A stretch of DNA of 45,122 bases from a virus (Duplodnaviria; Caudoviricetes): positions 1 through 45,122 of the IMG/VR virus record IMGVR_UViG_3300022173_000106. The stretch is one strand, 5' to 3'. Positions 8,324-19,200 of this stretch are shown piece after piece (positions within the stretch are counted from its first letter, which is position 1; each line of letters starts with the position of its first letter). The notes beneath the pieces were generated by a model. The model had not been told where the DNA came from and searched no databases. It was given only the letters and a program-made list of their open reading frames with translations. Both the position numbers and the translations under genes were made by a program.

Positions 8324-9595
8324 ATGAAGACCTCAACAAATGTAGCAAACCGCGCCCTTCAGCGTTGTGGTGCTACCCGCATCGAGCCGGGTGCTCTGTG
8401 GACTGAGGACAGCAAACAAGCCGCTGAAATTCGGGAGCTGTATGACAGCACTCGTCAAGCGGAGTTGCGCCGGAATGTCTGGCGCTTCGCTGTCCGGCGC
8501 ATCGCGCTGCGTGCAGTCAATGTGAACGCCTACCGGCTGGTGCCTGCCGCGTACTCGGCATCGGCCTCCTATCTGGCAAACACAATAGTCAGCTTTGATG
8601 GCATCTGGTTCATCTCGACGCGCCGGATCGCGCCGGGTGTTGCACCGCGCACCACGAGCGACTGGGCACAATACTTCGGGCCGGTGACGGTCACGCCTTT
8701 TGATAGTGAGACGGCCTACTTCTCTGGTGAGTTGGTCTATACGCCGTCCAACACTGGCTACGCGGTCTATCTATCCACGCAGGATCAGAATGAGGACGTG
8801 CCGGGCGTGGTGTCCGCTTGGGACGCCCTGACCACCTTCAGGCTTGGCCAGAGTGTCACGCATGCGGCAGCGACGTGGGTGAGCAACCTTATCCTCAATC
8901 TCAACAACGAACCGGGTGTAGTATCCAACTGGGATGCAGGCACAACATATGCTGCTACCACACAAGTTGTAGCGTCTGATGGTAATGTCTATACCTCTGT
9001 TGGTTCTGGCAACCTGAACCACAACCCGGTCACGGACACCACTCACACCTATTGGACCTATGTGTCGATCAGCCCATGGATCAGCCTACCGGCTGGTCAG
9101 GTGGGTCAGAATGAAGGTAAATGGCAGACAGTCAATGCGACGCTCGAACCCCTCAATTTCATCTATCCGGCTGGCGTTAGCCCGGCGCAAACGAATGAAG
9201 CTCGCAATGTGTTCATGCTGCCCCACGGCTTCCTCCGGGAAGCCCCGGCTGATCCGAAGGCAGGCTCGTCTTCTTTCCTCGGCGCACCGTCTGGGAATAT
9301 GTACAATGACTGGGTGTTCGAGAACGACTACTTCGTGACACGTGAGGCGCAGGTTATCATCCTGCGTTGCGTCGTGGATGTGAGTGATGTGGACAAATTT
9401 GATGCCATGTTCTTTGAGGGTTTCGCCTGCCGGATCGCGCTTGAGGTTTGCGAGATCATCACCCAGTCGGTGTCGAAGGTGAGCATGATCGCGTCAATGT
9501 ACAAGCAGTTCATGGGCGAAGCTCGTACTGTGAATGGTATCGAGACCGGCCCGACCGAACCCCCCGAAGACGACCTCATCACCTGTAGGCAATAA
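8324..9595 (+). CDS. Tail tubular protein A (adaptor) with inserted carbohydrate-binding-like repeats
   Basis: N.AL..CGA..I, L...W.FA.RR..L, F.LP..FLR, FD..F.E..A.R.A motifs; four W/Y-x5-Y-x2-G-x2-V-like repeats in the middle. Confidence 0.8.
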   Translation: MKTSTNVANRALQRCGATRIEPGALWTEDSKQAAEIRELYDSTRQAELRRNVWRFAVRRIALRAVNVNAYRLVPAAYSASASYLANTIVSFDGIWFISTRRIAPGVAPRTTSDWAQYFGPVTVTPFDSETAYFSGELVYTPSNTGYAVYLSTQDQNEDVPGVVSAWDALTTFRLGQSVTHAAATWVSNLILNLNNEPGVVSNWDAGTTYAATTQVVASDGNVYTSVGSGNLNHNPVTDTTHTYWTYVSISPWISLPAGQVGQNEGKWQTVNATLEPLNFIYPAGVSPAQTNEARNVFMLPHGFLREAPADPKAGSSSFLGAPSGNMYNDWVFENDYFVTREAQVIILRCVVDVSDVDKFDAMFFEGFACRIALEVCEIITQSVSKVSMIASMYKQFMGEARTVNGIETGPTEPPEDDLITCRQ

Positions 9596-9596
9596 G

Positions 9597-12500
9597 ATGG
9601 CTGACGCAAGTTTCGTTCAAACGTCCTTCCTTGGTGGCGAGTGGTCCCAGTTCTCCCAAGGCCGGATGGACAACCCCGAATATCGCACGGCGATGAACAT
9701 CTGCTATAACGGCCTCCCTATCGAGGAGAGCGCATGGGTTCGTCGTGTTGGCACACGTTTCGCCACACTCACAAAGAACGCCGGGCCAGCTCGTGTCATG
9801 TCTTTTAGCTCAGTGACAGGCGCTCCGTACACGCTTGAGTTGACGGATGGCTTCATCCGGTTTCTGAGCGGGGCAAACCTTGTTGTGCAGGGTGACATCA
9901 ACATTGTAGCGGCGCTATCTGATGCTACCCCCGCTGTGGCACAACTGAGCCACGAGGCGGTTGATTGGGTTACAGGCGACACCGTTGTACTCTTTTCGCC
10001 CACTGCGGCGGATACAACTGTCGCTCAGCAGCTCATCAATCGGCAGTTCAAGATCACCGTGATCGACGGGTTCCATTTTAGCTTGGCCGATGCAGCCACT
10101 GGTGCCGCATTCGACGGCTCAACTGTGGACCTCGCTGCCAACATCCTTTATGTCGGTAAGGTGTTGGAATACACAACTCCGTACACAGACAGTATGCTGG
10201 AGGAAGTGCGTGGTGTGCGCAGTGATCGGTCGATGGTCCTCCTTCATGGGCGGGTTCAGCCCCAAGTTGTCGTGCCGATCACCGGGTCATTCAAAGACGA
10301 AACAAATGATGTGTTCGCCCAGCTCGGCTTCGGGCCTGTTGACTTTATTGACGGGCCATATCTCGATCCCATCGACGGGGTGGTGATGAACCCTACCGGG
10401 ACCGAAGGGGTCATCACTCTTGATGTTACCTATCAAGCATTTGATGTTGACAGGGTTTACCGCCAAGGGGATGTGGTGACTTCGGGCATCTTGAGCTATG
10501 TGTCCATCCTCAGCAATAATGTGGGGCACACGCCCGCAGGAAGCCCGACCTATTGGACACAGAATGTCAACGGCCTCGCGCCGGGGCAGGCGGGGTTTGC
10601 TGCCGGGGATGTCGGTCGCCACATCCGTTTGTTTTCTGAGCCGCCTCTGTGGGCGGTTGGCACGGTCTATTCTGGTGGGGCTATCGTCAAATATAACCTC
10701 GGCTATTACACCGCGCTTACTGGTTCGACGGGCGTGCCGCCCGACACGAATGAGACTGCATGGGCACCTGTATCGGGTGAGAGTTTCGCCGTGTGGACGT
10801 GGGGGCGCATCGTCTCTGTGGTGTCTCAGACGCAGATCACTTTGCAGCTTTTTGGCGGGCCGCTGCTCTACGAGGGTGAAATTCGCATCTGGCGTGCGGG
10901 CGTTTTCTCGGACACAACCGGCTGGCCTACCTGTGGCACTTATCATGGGGGTCGTCTGTGGTTTGGTAGTAACGAGGCCAACCGCTTTGATGGCTCGCGT
11001 GCTGGTGGCAACCCGTTTGACTTTGCACCTACAGCTCCTGATGGGACTGTCTCGGATGCAGATGCAATTTCTTATGTTCTCGACAGCGGGGAAGAAAACC
11101 CGCTTCTCTGGTTCGCGCCGAACGATCAGGGCATCGCTGTCGGCACAAAGAGCAGTGAGTGGCTGATCTCAGCGTCGAACCTCAGCGACCCTCTGACGCC
11201 AAGCTCTATCCAAGCGAAGCGCAAGACCCTTTATGGCAGCGCGGATGCCGAAGCGATTACCATTGGTTCATCTGTCATCATGGTGCAGAAGCTGGGCCGC
11301 AAGCTCCTCGATCTTGCACCGGATGTGTTCACAAACCGCTATGCCGCGCACAATCTCTGCGTGAGTGTGAAGCATTTGACGAAGCCGGGCATCAGGGAGA
11401 TCGCCTACCAACAGGAGCTGGCTCCGGTCATCTGGGCGCGTTGTACTGATGGTTCTCTGATCGGCTGCACCTACAAGCGTGAAGCCAGCTATGGGCAGCA
11501 AGCCACCGTCTTCAACGGCTGGCATCGCCATGTCCTTGGCTCTGGAAACACTGTGACGAGCCTCACCACTGGCCCCAGCGTCAATGGTAATCTCGATAGC
11601 CTAACGATGGTGACATATAATCCTGATACGGATGATTACCGCATCGAGATTATGACAGACCTGTTTGATGAGGACGGGGGGAATACCGACGCATGGTTTC
11701 TTGATAATGCTGTGACACCAACCTGCTCTGAGGTTGATGGCGAGACTGTGAAGTTTTACGGCCTCAACCACCTCAATGGCAAGACGGTCTCATGCTGGGC
11801 AGCGGGTCTTGACTGTGGTGATTATCTCGTTGCTGATGGCTTCATCACAGTGCCTTTCGGATCAGACCCGGACGGGGAATTTACTGCTGCATACCTCCAA
11901 GCGGTATCGAACAGCGGCCAAGATTTTGGTGGCATGGCTGTCTTTGTGAACAACAACATTGTGATCCCCCCGCCCGCAATCCCGCCCGGCCAACTCGTGC
12001 TTGGATACATCGGGCCGGAGACAGGTGTGCAGGGGTATAGCGACAGTGCTCTCCACATCGACTGGGAGAACGATTGGCTCTACACGTACACCTACGGTGA
12101 CGAGGTTTATTCTGGTATCCGCAAGTTCGATATTTCGTCGGGCACGCAGCTTCTTGAAGCCACAATCCCAACGATCCTCGACGGAGTGGGTGCGCCGGAC
12201 AACCATATCCTTGCACCTGTTTGTCATGGCAACGGGGAGGATGACCACATCTATTTCCCCTCATCCGGCAGCAACTACACGGTCCTTCGGAAAATCCAGA
12301 AGTCAGATTTTGCGCTCGTTGATAGCTTCGGCATTGACGATGCCACACCGCCGACAGCTAACCGGGAAGACTATTACCCGGCGTCTTCGGCGCTGGTGAG
12401 CTTGGCAAATCACTGGTCTCGCTTTCTCTTGGCCCAAGCAACAGGCGATGGCGAACTCGCCATGTATCGCACCGCCAAAACCATCGCGCATCTCGACCCC

Positions 12501-14150
12501 AAATCACAGGCGCTCTCCTTTGACACAGTAGAGCTGCTTGAATACGCATACCCAGAGGCTGAGGATGATGGCTTCGGCAATCTCACTGGGGAGATCAAAA
12601 ACCCACTCCCGTCCTTCACGGCACGCACGCCCGCGAGCGTAGCGGCGTGGAACTCCGGCACGACCTATGCGCAGGGTGATGCGGTGAGTGCGGGTGGTTA
12701 TCCGGCGCTTGGGGACTATGCGGCTGAGACTGGCGAAGTCAACTGGATCAGTGTGGACAATGGTAATCTCAACCATGACCCGGAAGGAGAACCCGCCCCG
12801 TGGGTCGCTGGGTCGATCTACGCGATTGATGATGAAGTGACAGTCTCTCAGGTCGTTTATAAAGACACAGAAGGTGGGTTGTCTAATTCTTCCCCACCGT
12901 CTGCACCGAGCCGGTGGGATGTTGTGCGCGACAGCTATTGGACTTATCCGCCTGACGTTCGTGCTCGCTTCTGCGATGGCGAGACCGCTGAGTTCATGTT
13001 TAATTCAACCGCGTCTTGCTATGCGCTCGTCAAGGATAAAGTCACTCAAGCTTCTACTCTGCCGCTCCAGCTTTACCGGCTGACGCTGACGACCTATCTG
13101 CATATCCCCGGCGCGGCAGAGCAAATCTTCGCAGCAGTCGTTGGCGCGGTGGTGCAACTCGTCTTGACGTGGCTGTTCAGTTACTTCGGCAGCTTCCTCG
13201 GAAAATTCCTCCAGTTCGGTGCTGCGCTCCCTTCACTTGAAGATCGTGTGGATAGCCTTCGTATCGGAGACATCGCGCCAGAAGATGTGGACGCAACGTG
13301 GGCGCACTTCGTAGCGGTCGGTCCCATCACGCGGGATGGACGAGACGGCAATCTGATCTTGTTTGTGAACAACACAGTCGGCTCCCCCACAAACGAAAAC
13401 TATGTTGTGAAGGTCAGCAAACTCGATGCAAGCGTGCTCTGGGCGACCCCGGTGTCGGGCTTCCCGAATGATATGCGGATCGAGACAAACCATGGTGGTC
13501 TGGCATTCCAGTCAACGACCGGCAGCGGCACCTACGATGTGTATGTTATCAACACGGTTGATGGCAGCATCGCGGATCAAACCACTGTGTCCGGGCTGAC
13601 ATCAAGCGCCGCACAAGGCTTCAGCGACGCGAAGGGCGAGATCATCATGTTCGGTCAGCTCCTCGACATCCCCGCTGCGCCCGCGCCGATCTCACCGACG
13701 CCGGACGCCTTTAGCAACACCTATTGCCGCCTGACTGTTGGCCCCGGCCTCGCCTATCCGATCACCCAAACAGCGGGCTATAGCATCCCTGCGGTCATTG
13801 GGTATAGCTATGAAAGCAAGGGCCAAGTGTTGCGCCCCATTGGGCAGGCTGACACTGGCGCTCGCAACGGGCCGGGGTTTGCAAAGGAGCGTCGCCAGCA
13901 TCAATTTGGTGTGCTGCTCCAGAACTCCCAATCCGTCAGCTTTGGCACTGAGTTTAACAAGGCACGCCCGGCGCTGTTCAAGACAAAAGGCGGAACTCCG
14001 TACAAAAAGAGCCAGTTGTTTTCTGGGGTGCATTGGAATATCATAGATGATAATTACAGCTTCGACAGTATGCTTTGCTGGACTATTGATCGCCCGTATC
14101 CTCTGAACCTATTGGCAATCGGTGGCTTCATCCAGACACAGGATCGCTAA
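9597..14150 (+). CDS. Tail tubular protein B (nozzle) with a large insertion, 1517 aa
   Basis: QTSFLGGEWS..GR.D start, RR.GT.F, F.DGPYLD, GWP.C.T.H..RL.F, GWHRH, G.SY.S, PL.LLAI end; start set at ATG 9597. Confidence 0.85.
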   Translation: MADASFVQTSFLGGEWSQFSQGRMDNPEYRTAMNICYNGLPIEESAWVRRVGTRFATLTKNAGPARVMSFSSVTGAPYTLELTDGFIRFLSGANLVVQGDINIVAALSDATPAVAQLSHEAVDWVTGDTVVLFSPTAADTTVAQQLINRQFKITVIDGFHFSLADAATGAAFDGSTVDLAANILYVGKVLEYTTPYTDSMLEEVRGVRSDRSMVLLHGRVQPQVVVPITGSFKDETNDVFAQLGFGPVDFIDGPYLDPIDGVVMNPTGTEGVITLDVTYQAFDVDRVYRQGDVVTSGILSYVSILSNNVGHTPAGSPTYWTQNVNGLAPGQAGFAAGDVGRHIRLFSEPPLWAVGTVYSGGAIVKYNLGYYTALTGSTGVPPDTNETAWAPVSGESFAVWTWGRIVSVVSQTQITLQLFGGPLLYEGEIRIWRAGVFSDTTGWPTCGTYHGGRLWFGSNEANRFDGSRAGGNPFDFAPTAPDGTVSDADAISYVLDSGEENPLLWFAPNDQGIAVGTKSSEWLISASNLSDPLTPSSIQAKRKTLYGSADAEAITIGSSVIMVQKLGRKLLDLAPDVFTNRYAAHNLCVSVKHLTKPGIREIAYQQELAPVIWARCTDGSLIGCTYKREASYGQQATVFNGWHRHVLGSGNTVTSLTTGPSVNGNLDSLTMVTYNPDTDDYRIEIMTDLFDEDGGNTDAWFLDNAVTPTCSEVDGETVKFYGLNHLNGKTVSCWAAGLDCGDYLVADGFITVPFGSDPDGEFTAAYLQAVSNSGQDFGGMAVFVNNNIVIPPPAIPPGQLVLGYIGPETGVQGYSDSALHIDWENDWLYTYTYGDEVYSGIRKFDISSGTQLLEATIPTILDGVGAPDNHILAPVCHGNGEDDHIYFPSSGSNYTVLRKIQKSDFALVDSFGIDDATPPTANREDYYPASSALVSLANHWSRFLLAQATGDGELAMYRTAKTIAHLDPKSQALSFDTVELLEYAYPEAEDDGFGNLTGEIKNPLPSFTARTPASVAAWNSGTTYAQGDAVSAGGYPALGDYAAETGEVNWISVDNGNLNHDPEGEPAPWVAGSIYAIDDEVTVSQVVYKDTEGGLSNSSPPSAPSRWDVVRDSYWTYPPDVRARFCDGETAEFMFNSTASCYALVKDKVTQASTLPLQLYRLTLTTYLHIPGAAEQIFAAVVGAVVQLVLTWLFSYFGSFLGKFLQFGAALPSLEDRVDSLRIGDIAPEDVDATWAHFVAVGPITRDGRDGNLILFVNNTVGSPTNENYVVKVSKLDASVLWATPVSGFPNDMRIETNHGGLAFQSTTGSGTYDVYVINTVDGSIADQTTVSGLTSSAAQGFSDAKGEIIMFGQLLDIPAAPAPISPTPDAFSNTYCRLTVGPGLAYPITQTAGYSIPAVIGYSYESKGQVLRPIGQADTGARNGPGFAKERRQHQFGVLLQNSQSVSFGTEFNKARPALFKTKGGTPYKKSQLFSGVHWNIIDDNYSFDSMLCWTIDRPYPLNLLAIGGFIQTQDR

Positions 14151-14151
14151 C

Positions 14152-14661
14152 ATGCCCGCAGGACAAGCGCCTTACAAAAGCTCCTCAAGCAGCTCCTCTG
14201 GGGGCGGCTCATCCTTCGCGTCCTCTTTTGGGGACGCAGATACGTGGAGTAGCATCGGCGGCGTGGCTAACGATCTTTTTAGCGCGTTCGGCAGCTTCAA
14301 GGCTGCTGATGCAGAAGGTCATGCATCAAACCTCTCTAACCAGCAAGCCCGATATACTGATCTCAGCACGAGCATCCAGAAAGTTCAATCTGATCGGAAC
14401 CTATATCAAGTGCTCGGCGGGATGCAGAGTGATGTCGCCGGAGCAGGCTTTAAGATGTCGGGGTCGGCTCTCGACCTGATGCGTTCCAGTGCGGCTCAAG
14501 GTGCGCTGGATAAGCAGCTCCTGACAATGCAGGGTGAGATCACAGCCGCTGGCTACCGCCAGCAGGGGGATGCCTACGGCCAGCAAGCAGCCGGGTCGAG
14601 TGCGAGTGGGTTTGCCGATCTCATTGGCGGCGCAGTTCAAATCGCTGGCATGTTTTTTTAA
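14152..14661 (+). CDS. Internal virion (ejection) protein
   Basis: Gly/Ala/Ser-rich, AG.G...SGSALD motif, directly after tail tube B. Confidence 0.75.
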   Translation: MPAGQAPYKSSSSSSSGGGSSFASSFGDADTWSSIGGVANDLFSAFGSFKAADAEGHASNLSNQQARYTDLSTSIQKVQSDRNLYQVLGGMQSDVAGAGFKMSGSALDLMRSSAAQGALDKQLLTMQGEITAAGYRQQGDAYGQQAAGSSASGFADLIGGAVQIAGMFF

Positions 14662-14671
14662 GGGGTAGCCG

Positions 14672-16252
14672 ATGCCTAACATTCGCACTTACCAGAATAC
14701 TCAGAGCGGGTTCAGCGGGGACAACCGTGGGGCCAATTCGTTCGGCTATACCGCTCAACATCTTCGCCAAGATTACGACAGCATGGGTCGGCAGGCAGAG
14801 AGTTCCATCAAGACGATTGGGGACAAGGTTGTTCGTGAAGCGGAGCGGTCAGAGACATCCGCTCTGGCGGCGAAATATGCCCAGACGTTTGAGAGCCTTA
14901 CTCAGTCATGGAATGACACCGCGAAGAACTCAGACCCGAATGATCCCGACACTGGCAGCAAGTGGCGTGAAGACGTTATGCGCCCGGCGTTGGATGAGCT
15001 GGGCATTGATCTGTCCACAGACAAAGGCCGGGAAACTTATGACCGGATGTCGAACCAGCTTCAGATGCATATGTTCGAGAAGACAACCGCTGACCAGTCC
15101 GCAATGGCTGGTGATGCGGCTGTGTCGAACATCAACACGATGGTCAACTCCTACACCAATGCGGTGGCTGCGGACCCTTCTGCCATGCGTGGTGCTCTGC
15201 CCTTGTTGGAGGCTGGTATCGAGGCGACCATTGCTTCTTACCCAAACCTGACCGCCCAGCAGGCATCTGAGCTTCGGACAAAGCTGACTGATGAAGGACG
15301 GTCGAATATCGCGTCGGCTGCTGCGATTGGTATGATCGACCGCAACCCTTCTGCTTTCCGCGAAGCAGCGGCGAGTGGTCAGTTCGATGGCCTCCTTGAC
15401 GCTCAGAAAATCGCCCAGCTCGATGGCTACGCTGATAGCCAAGAACGGGCTGCTGTATCCGCACAGAAAGCTGCTGAAACAGAGCTACGCCGTCAGCAGA
15501 CGGAATATGTGGTCTCGGCTTCTAACCAGATCGTCGCCCAGTCGGTTGATCCCAATACTGGCGCTATCAACATCAAGCCGGACTTCTTCAAGCAGACGGC
15601 TCGATTGGCATTGATGCCGAATGCTCCTCAAGGCTTGGCCCGCGCAATGCTCGATTTCGGGGCGACGAAACAACGTGAAGCAGCAGCCGGTATGCCCGCT
15701 GTGACAGACCCGCTGGTCTATCAGGACTTCAGTGATCGCATGTTCGTGCCCAAAGGTACGCCCGGTGCGCTCGCGCTTGCCGAAGTCTATCAGGCGCGTG
15801 CTGCTGGTCTCCTGAGTGACAAAGACTTCACATTTTACAAGGGTGCAGTTGGCGATGCCGACAAAGACCCGGCGAAGGCAGAGCAGAATAAAAAGCTCGA
15901 AGGGTTCTTCAGCGGTTACAAATCCACGATCACAAAGTCAAACCCGATCCTCAAGAGCTATGACGCGCCGGGGGATCAGCAGTTCTATCGTTTCCAAGTC
16001 GAGAAGCGGCAGCAATTCCAAGCTGGGATTGATGCTGGTAAGTCGCCGGATGATCTGCTAAACCCGTCGAGCAAAGACTTCATCGGCAGGGATGTGGGGC
16101 AGTACACCTATTCATCCAAGCAAGCCATTGACCTGACCATCGGCAATGCAACGGGGAAGACTTCTGGCTTTGTCAAGAACCCGGATCAGGAAGTCGTGAA
16201 ACGCCTGCCGGGTGAAAGCGCCGCTGATTACCTTAAACGCTCAGGTGGGTGA
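14672..16252 (+). CDS. Internal virion (ejection) protein
   Basis: 526 aa helical protein starting MPNI..Y, position equivalent to T7 gp15. Confidence 0.7.
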   Translation: MPNIRTYQNTQSGFSGDNRGANSFGYTAQHLRQDYDSMGRQAESSIKTIGDKVVREAERSETSALAAKYAQTFESLTQSWNDTAKNSDPNDPDTGSKWREDVMRPALDELGIDLSTDKGRETYDRMSNQLQMHMFEKTTADQSAMAGDAAVSNINTMVNSYTNAVAADPSAMRGALPLLEAGIEATIASYPNLTAQQASELRTKLTDEGRSNIASAAAIGMIDRNPSAFREAAASGQFDGLLDAQKIAQLDGYADSQERAAVSAQKAAETELRRQQTEYVVSASNQIVAQSVDPNTGAINIKPDFFKQTARLALMPNAPQGLARAMLDFGATKQREAAAGMPAVTDPLVYQDFSDRMFVPKGTPGALALAEVYQARAAGLLSDKDFTFYKGAVGDADKDPAKAEQNKKLEGFFSGYKSTITKSNPILKSYDAPGDQQFYRFQVEKRQQFQAGIDAGKSPDDLLNPSSKDFIGRDVGQYTYSSKQAIDLTIGNATGKTSGFVKNPDQEVVKRLPGESAADYLKRSGG

Positions 16253-19200
16253 TGTCTGATACAACCGCGACCGGGATGCAAGAATACCAGCGGCTCGTAG
16301 CTGGTGGCTTCTCCCAGCAAGAAGCTGAAAGCTGGAAGGTTGAGCAGACTGAAAAGCTGCTTGGTGGTGGCTTCTCGAATGAGGAGGTTGATGCCTATTG
16401 GGGTGAGACCAAGCCGGACTATTCACGCCTTGACAATGACGTTGGAGCAGCCGTGCGCGGTGGTGGCCCCAAGGTAGCTGAGAGCGCCACAGAAGCCTTG
16501 CAGGCGGGCTGGCAGTCCTCTGTTGCTGGTCTGGTGCTGCGTGGGCAGAACCCCAACGTGGTGCCTGATGAGAAAGCCGGATGGATGGCCGATGCGCTCA
16601 CCATGGGTGGGCAGATTGCTGGTGACTTTGTGCCCGGCGTGGTTGGTGCTGTGGTCGGTGCTGGTGCTGGTGCTAGTGCTGGTACGGCAGTTACCCCCGG
16701 ACCCGGCACAGTTGTTGGTGGTTTGGCTGGTGCTGGCGCAGGCTCAATGGCTGTCCCCACGGCCATGCGTGAAACTCTTATGGACTATTACACTCATCGC
16801 AATGGCAACTACTTCAAAGACTTTTGGACACGCCTTCAGGACATCGCCATTAAGACGAGTAAGTCAGCCATCGCGGGTGGCATCGCGGGTCCGGTCGGCG
16901 GCAAGCTGGGCGGAAAAATTCTGGAGAAGGGTGGCACTCAGGTCGCGGGTCGCATTGGTGACTATGTGGCGAATGCAACGACAGCTACGGCATTGGGCGG
17001 TGCACTTGATGGTCATATGCCAGACAAACAAGATTTCACGCTGGGTGCTGGTGCTGCTCTGGCGATGGCGGTTGTGACAAGAGGTCGAGCCAAGCCGCTT
17101 TCAAAAGCCCAAGAGGCGGCTGTGCAAGCTGACATTGCACAGAACCTTCAGGACATCTACGCTCGCACCGGCTTCAGGCCGGACGAAGCCGTCACCCGCA
17201 TGAAAGAAGACCCGGCCTTCGCACAGGAAGTCTATGCGCCGCGTGCTGCGTCTGGTGATCCCGTGACGCCTGTGGCTGATGCGGCGATGACCCCGGACCC
17301 GGAACCTTTCGAGAAACCCTCCCGTTCTCCCGATCTCGATGGGTTGCAGAATGCTGGCTTTGCCCTGCATGAAGAACACGCGACTATGATCCAGCGCCTT
17401 CAGACAGAAGCGATGCAGCGTGCGGGCAAGAAGCCAGACGAGGCCGCGCCGGAGATCACGCCGGAGGAGATGGTCAAAGCCGCGCAAGATACTCACCTCG
17501 ACTTGATTGCTACACTCGAAGGCAGCGCCAACTACGCGAAGGCGAAGGGCATCTTGGAAGCTGATGTTGTGTCGCCTGCCGGTGCCATCGGTCGCTACCA
17601 GATCATGCCGAACACAGCACGTCAGTTCGGGTTTGACCCTGCCCGTCTGACGGAGCCTGCCTATAACGAGAAGGTCGCCCGCGCGATCACCCAAGACCTC
17701 GCCACCCGCTTCCCCGGCGATACTGTTGCTCAGCTCATTGCATACAATGCAGGGCCGGGTCGCGCTCGTTCGTTCATTGCCAATGGTCGTAATGTGCGCC
17801 AGCTTCCGCTTGAGACGCAGCGGTATCTTGAACGTGCGCAGGAGATGGGTGCGGTCAAAGAAGATTTCATCGGTGAGAACATTGACAGCCAGCTTGCAGT
17901 GCAGGGTGACGAGAACTGGGCACCCCCGCCCGGCAACAAGACCCTGCATGGGGAAATTCTGCCGCCTGAACGTGGCGGTGGAGGGAATGGCAATGAGCCG
18001 CCGAAGCCCCCGATTGATGGTGAGATCATCCAGCCGGAGCGTGGACCAAAGAAGATCGCTGACGACACAATGCACATGACTGAAGATGTGCTGGTCGAGA
18101 AGATCAACGACATCATCGCGCCTGCGGACAAAGAAGCTCGCTTCGCGTGGATGCAGCCACGCCGCATCATCTCCCAGTTCCAGAGCGAACTTGAACCCGC
18201 TAATGCCATCGACAAGAAACTCGGCATCTCCGGCGACAAGCTTGGCGTGGAGGACATGCTGCGTCAGACTTACGCCAGCAAGGAGCGTGCGGGCTACTTC
18301 ATCCGCTACGGCACACTGGAGCCGACGCCGGGTGAGATCAAACACACAAGCGACAATAGCTTCATCGCCGCCTACAAAGCTGTGAAAGAAGACGGCGGCG
18401 ACGCGGCTGGCTTCATGGCTTATCGTCTGGCGAAACGCGCCATCGAGAAAGCCGGACAAGGCATTGACACAGGTGTTGATCTCGCGCAGGCGCAGCGCCT
18501 CGTGAAACTTGCAGGCAAGAAGTACGACCGCGCTGCCACGATCATGCGGGCGGCGAAGGACGCTTCGATTGACTACGCCGTTGCGTCTGGCCGCTTCTCC
18601 AAGGCTGGCGCTGCTGCGTTGAAGGAACTCAACCGCGAACACATTGTCATGCGCCGTGTGGTCGATGAAGGCTACCGCCCCGTCATGGGACGCTTCTTCA
18701 AAGCCCGCAATCCATTGAAGAAGATGACAGGCTCGAAGAAGCAAGTGATCGACCCGGTGACAACCGAGATCGACAATCTGCATTCGATCATCGCTGAGGC
18801 TGATCGCAACCGTGCCCGTCTCACATTGGTCGATGCTGTGAAGGAACACATGCAGAAGCATCCTGATGACACAGGGTTGCTGAAGATCGAGAAGGTGGAC
18901 TTCCTTGACGAAGATACAGGAAAGGCCATGACCGGGGACATCCTTGATGAGAATGGTCGGGTGATCCCTCCGCTCGCCAAGGAAGGTGCTAAGGCATTCG
19001 TTGCGGAACGTATCTTACATTCAAAGCTCGGCCCGAATGATTTTGTCGTGTACCGCGATGGCTTGCCTGAAGTCTGGCGTTCTGCTGATGAGGGTTTGAC
19101 AGAACTCCTCCGTACACCGATGCCTTTGAAGTCGAACCCGGTGGTGGCGCTGTTCCAGAAGTTCGCCAGCTTGCAGCGTGCGGGTATCACGGCGGCTGTC

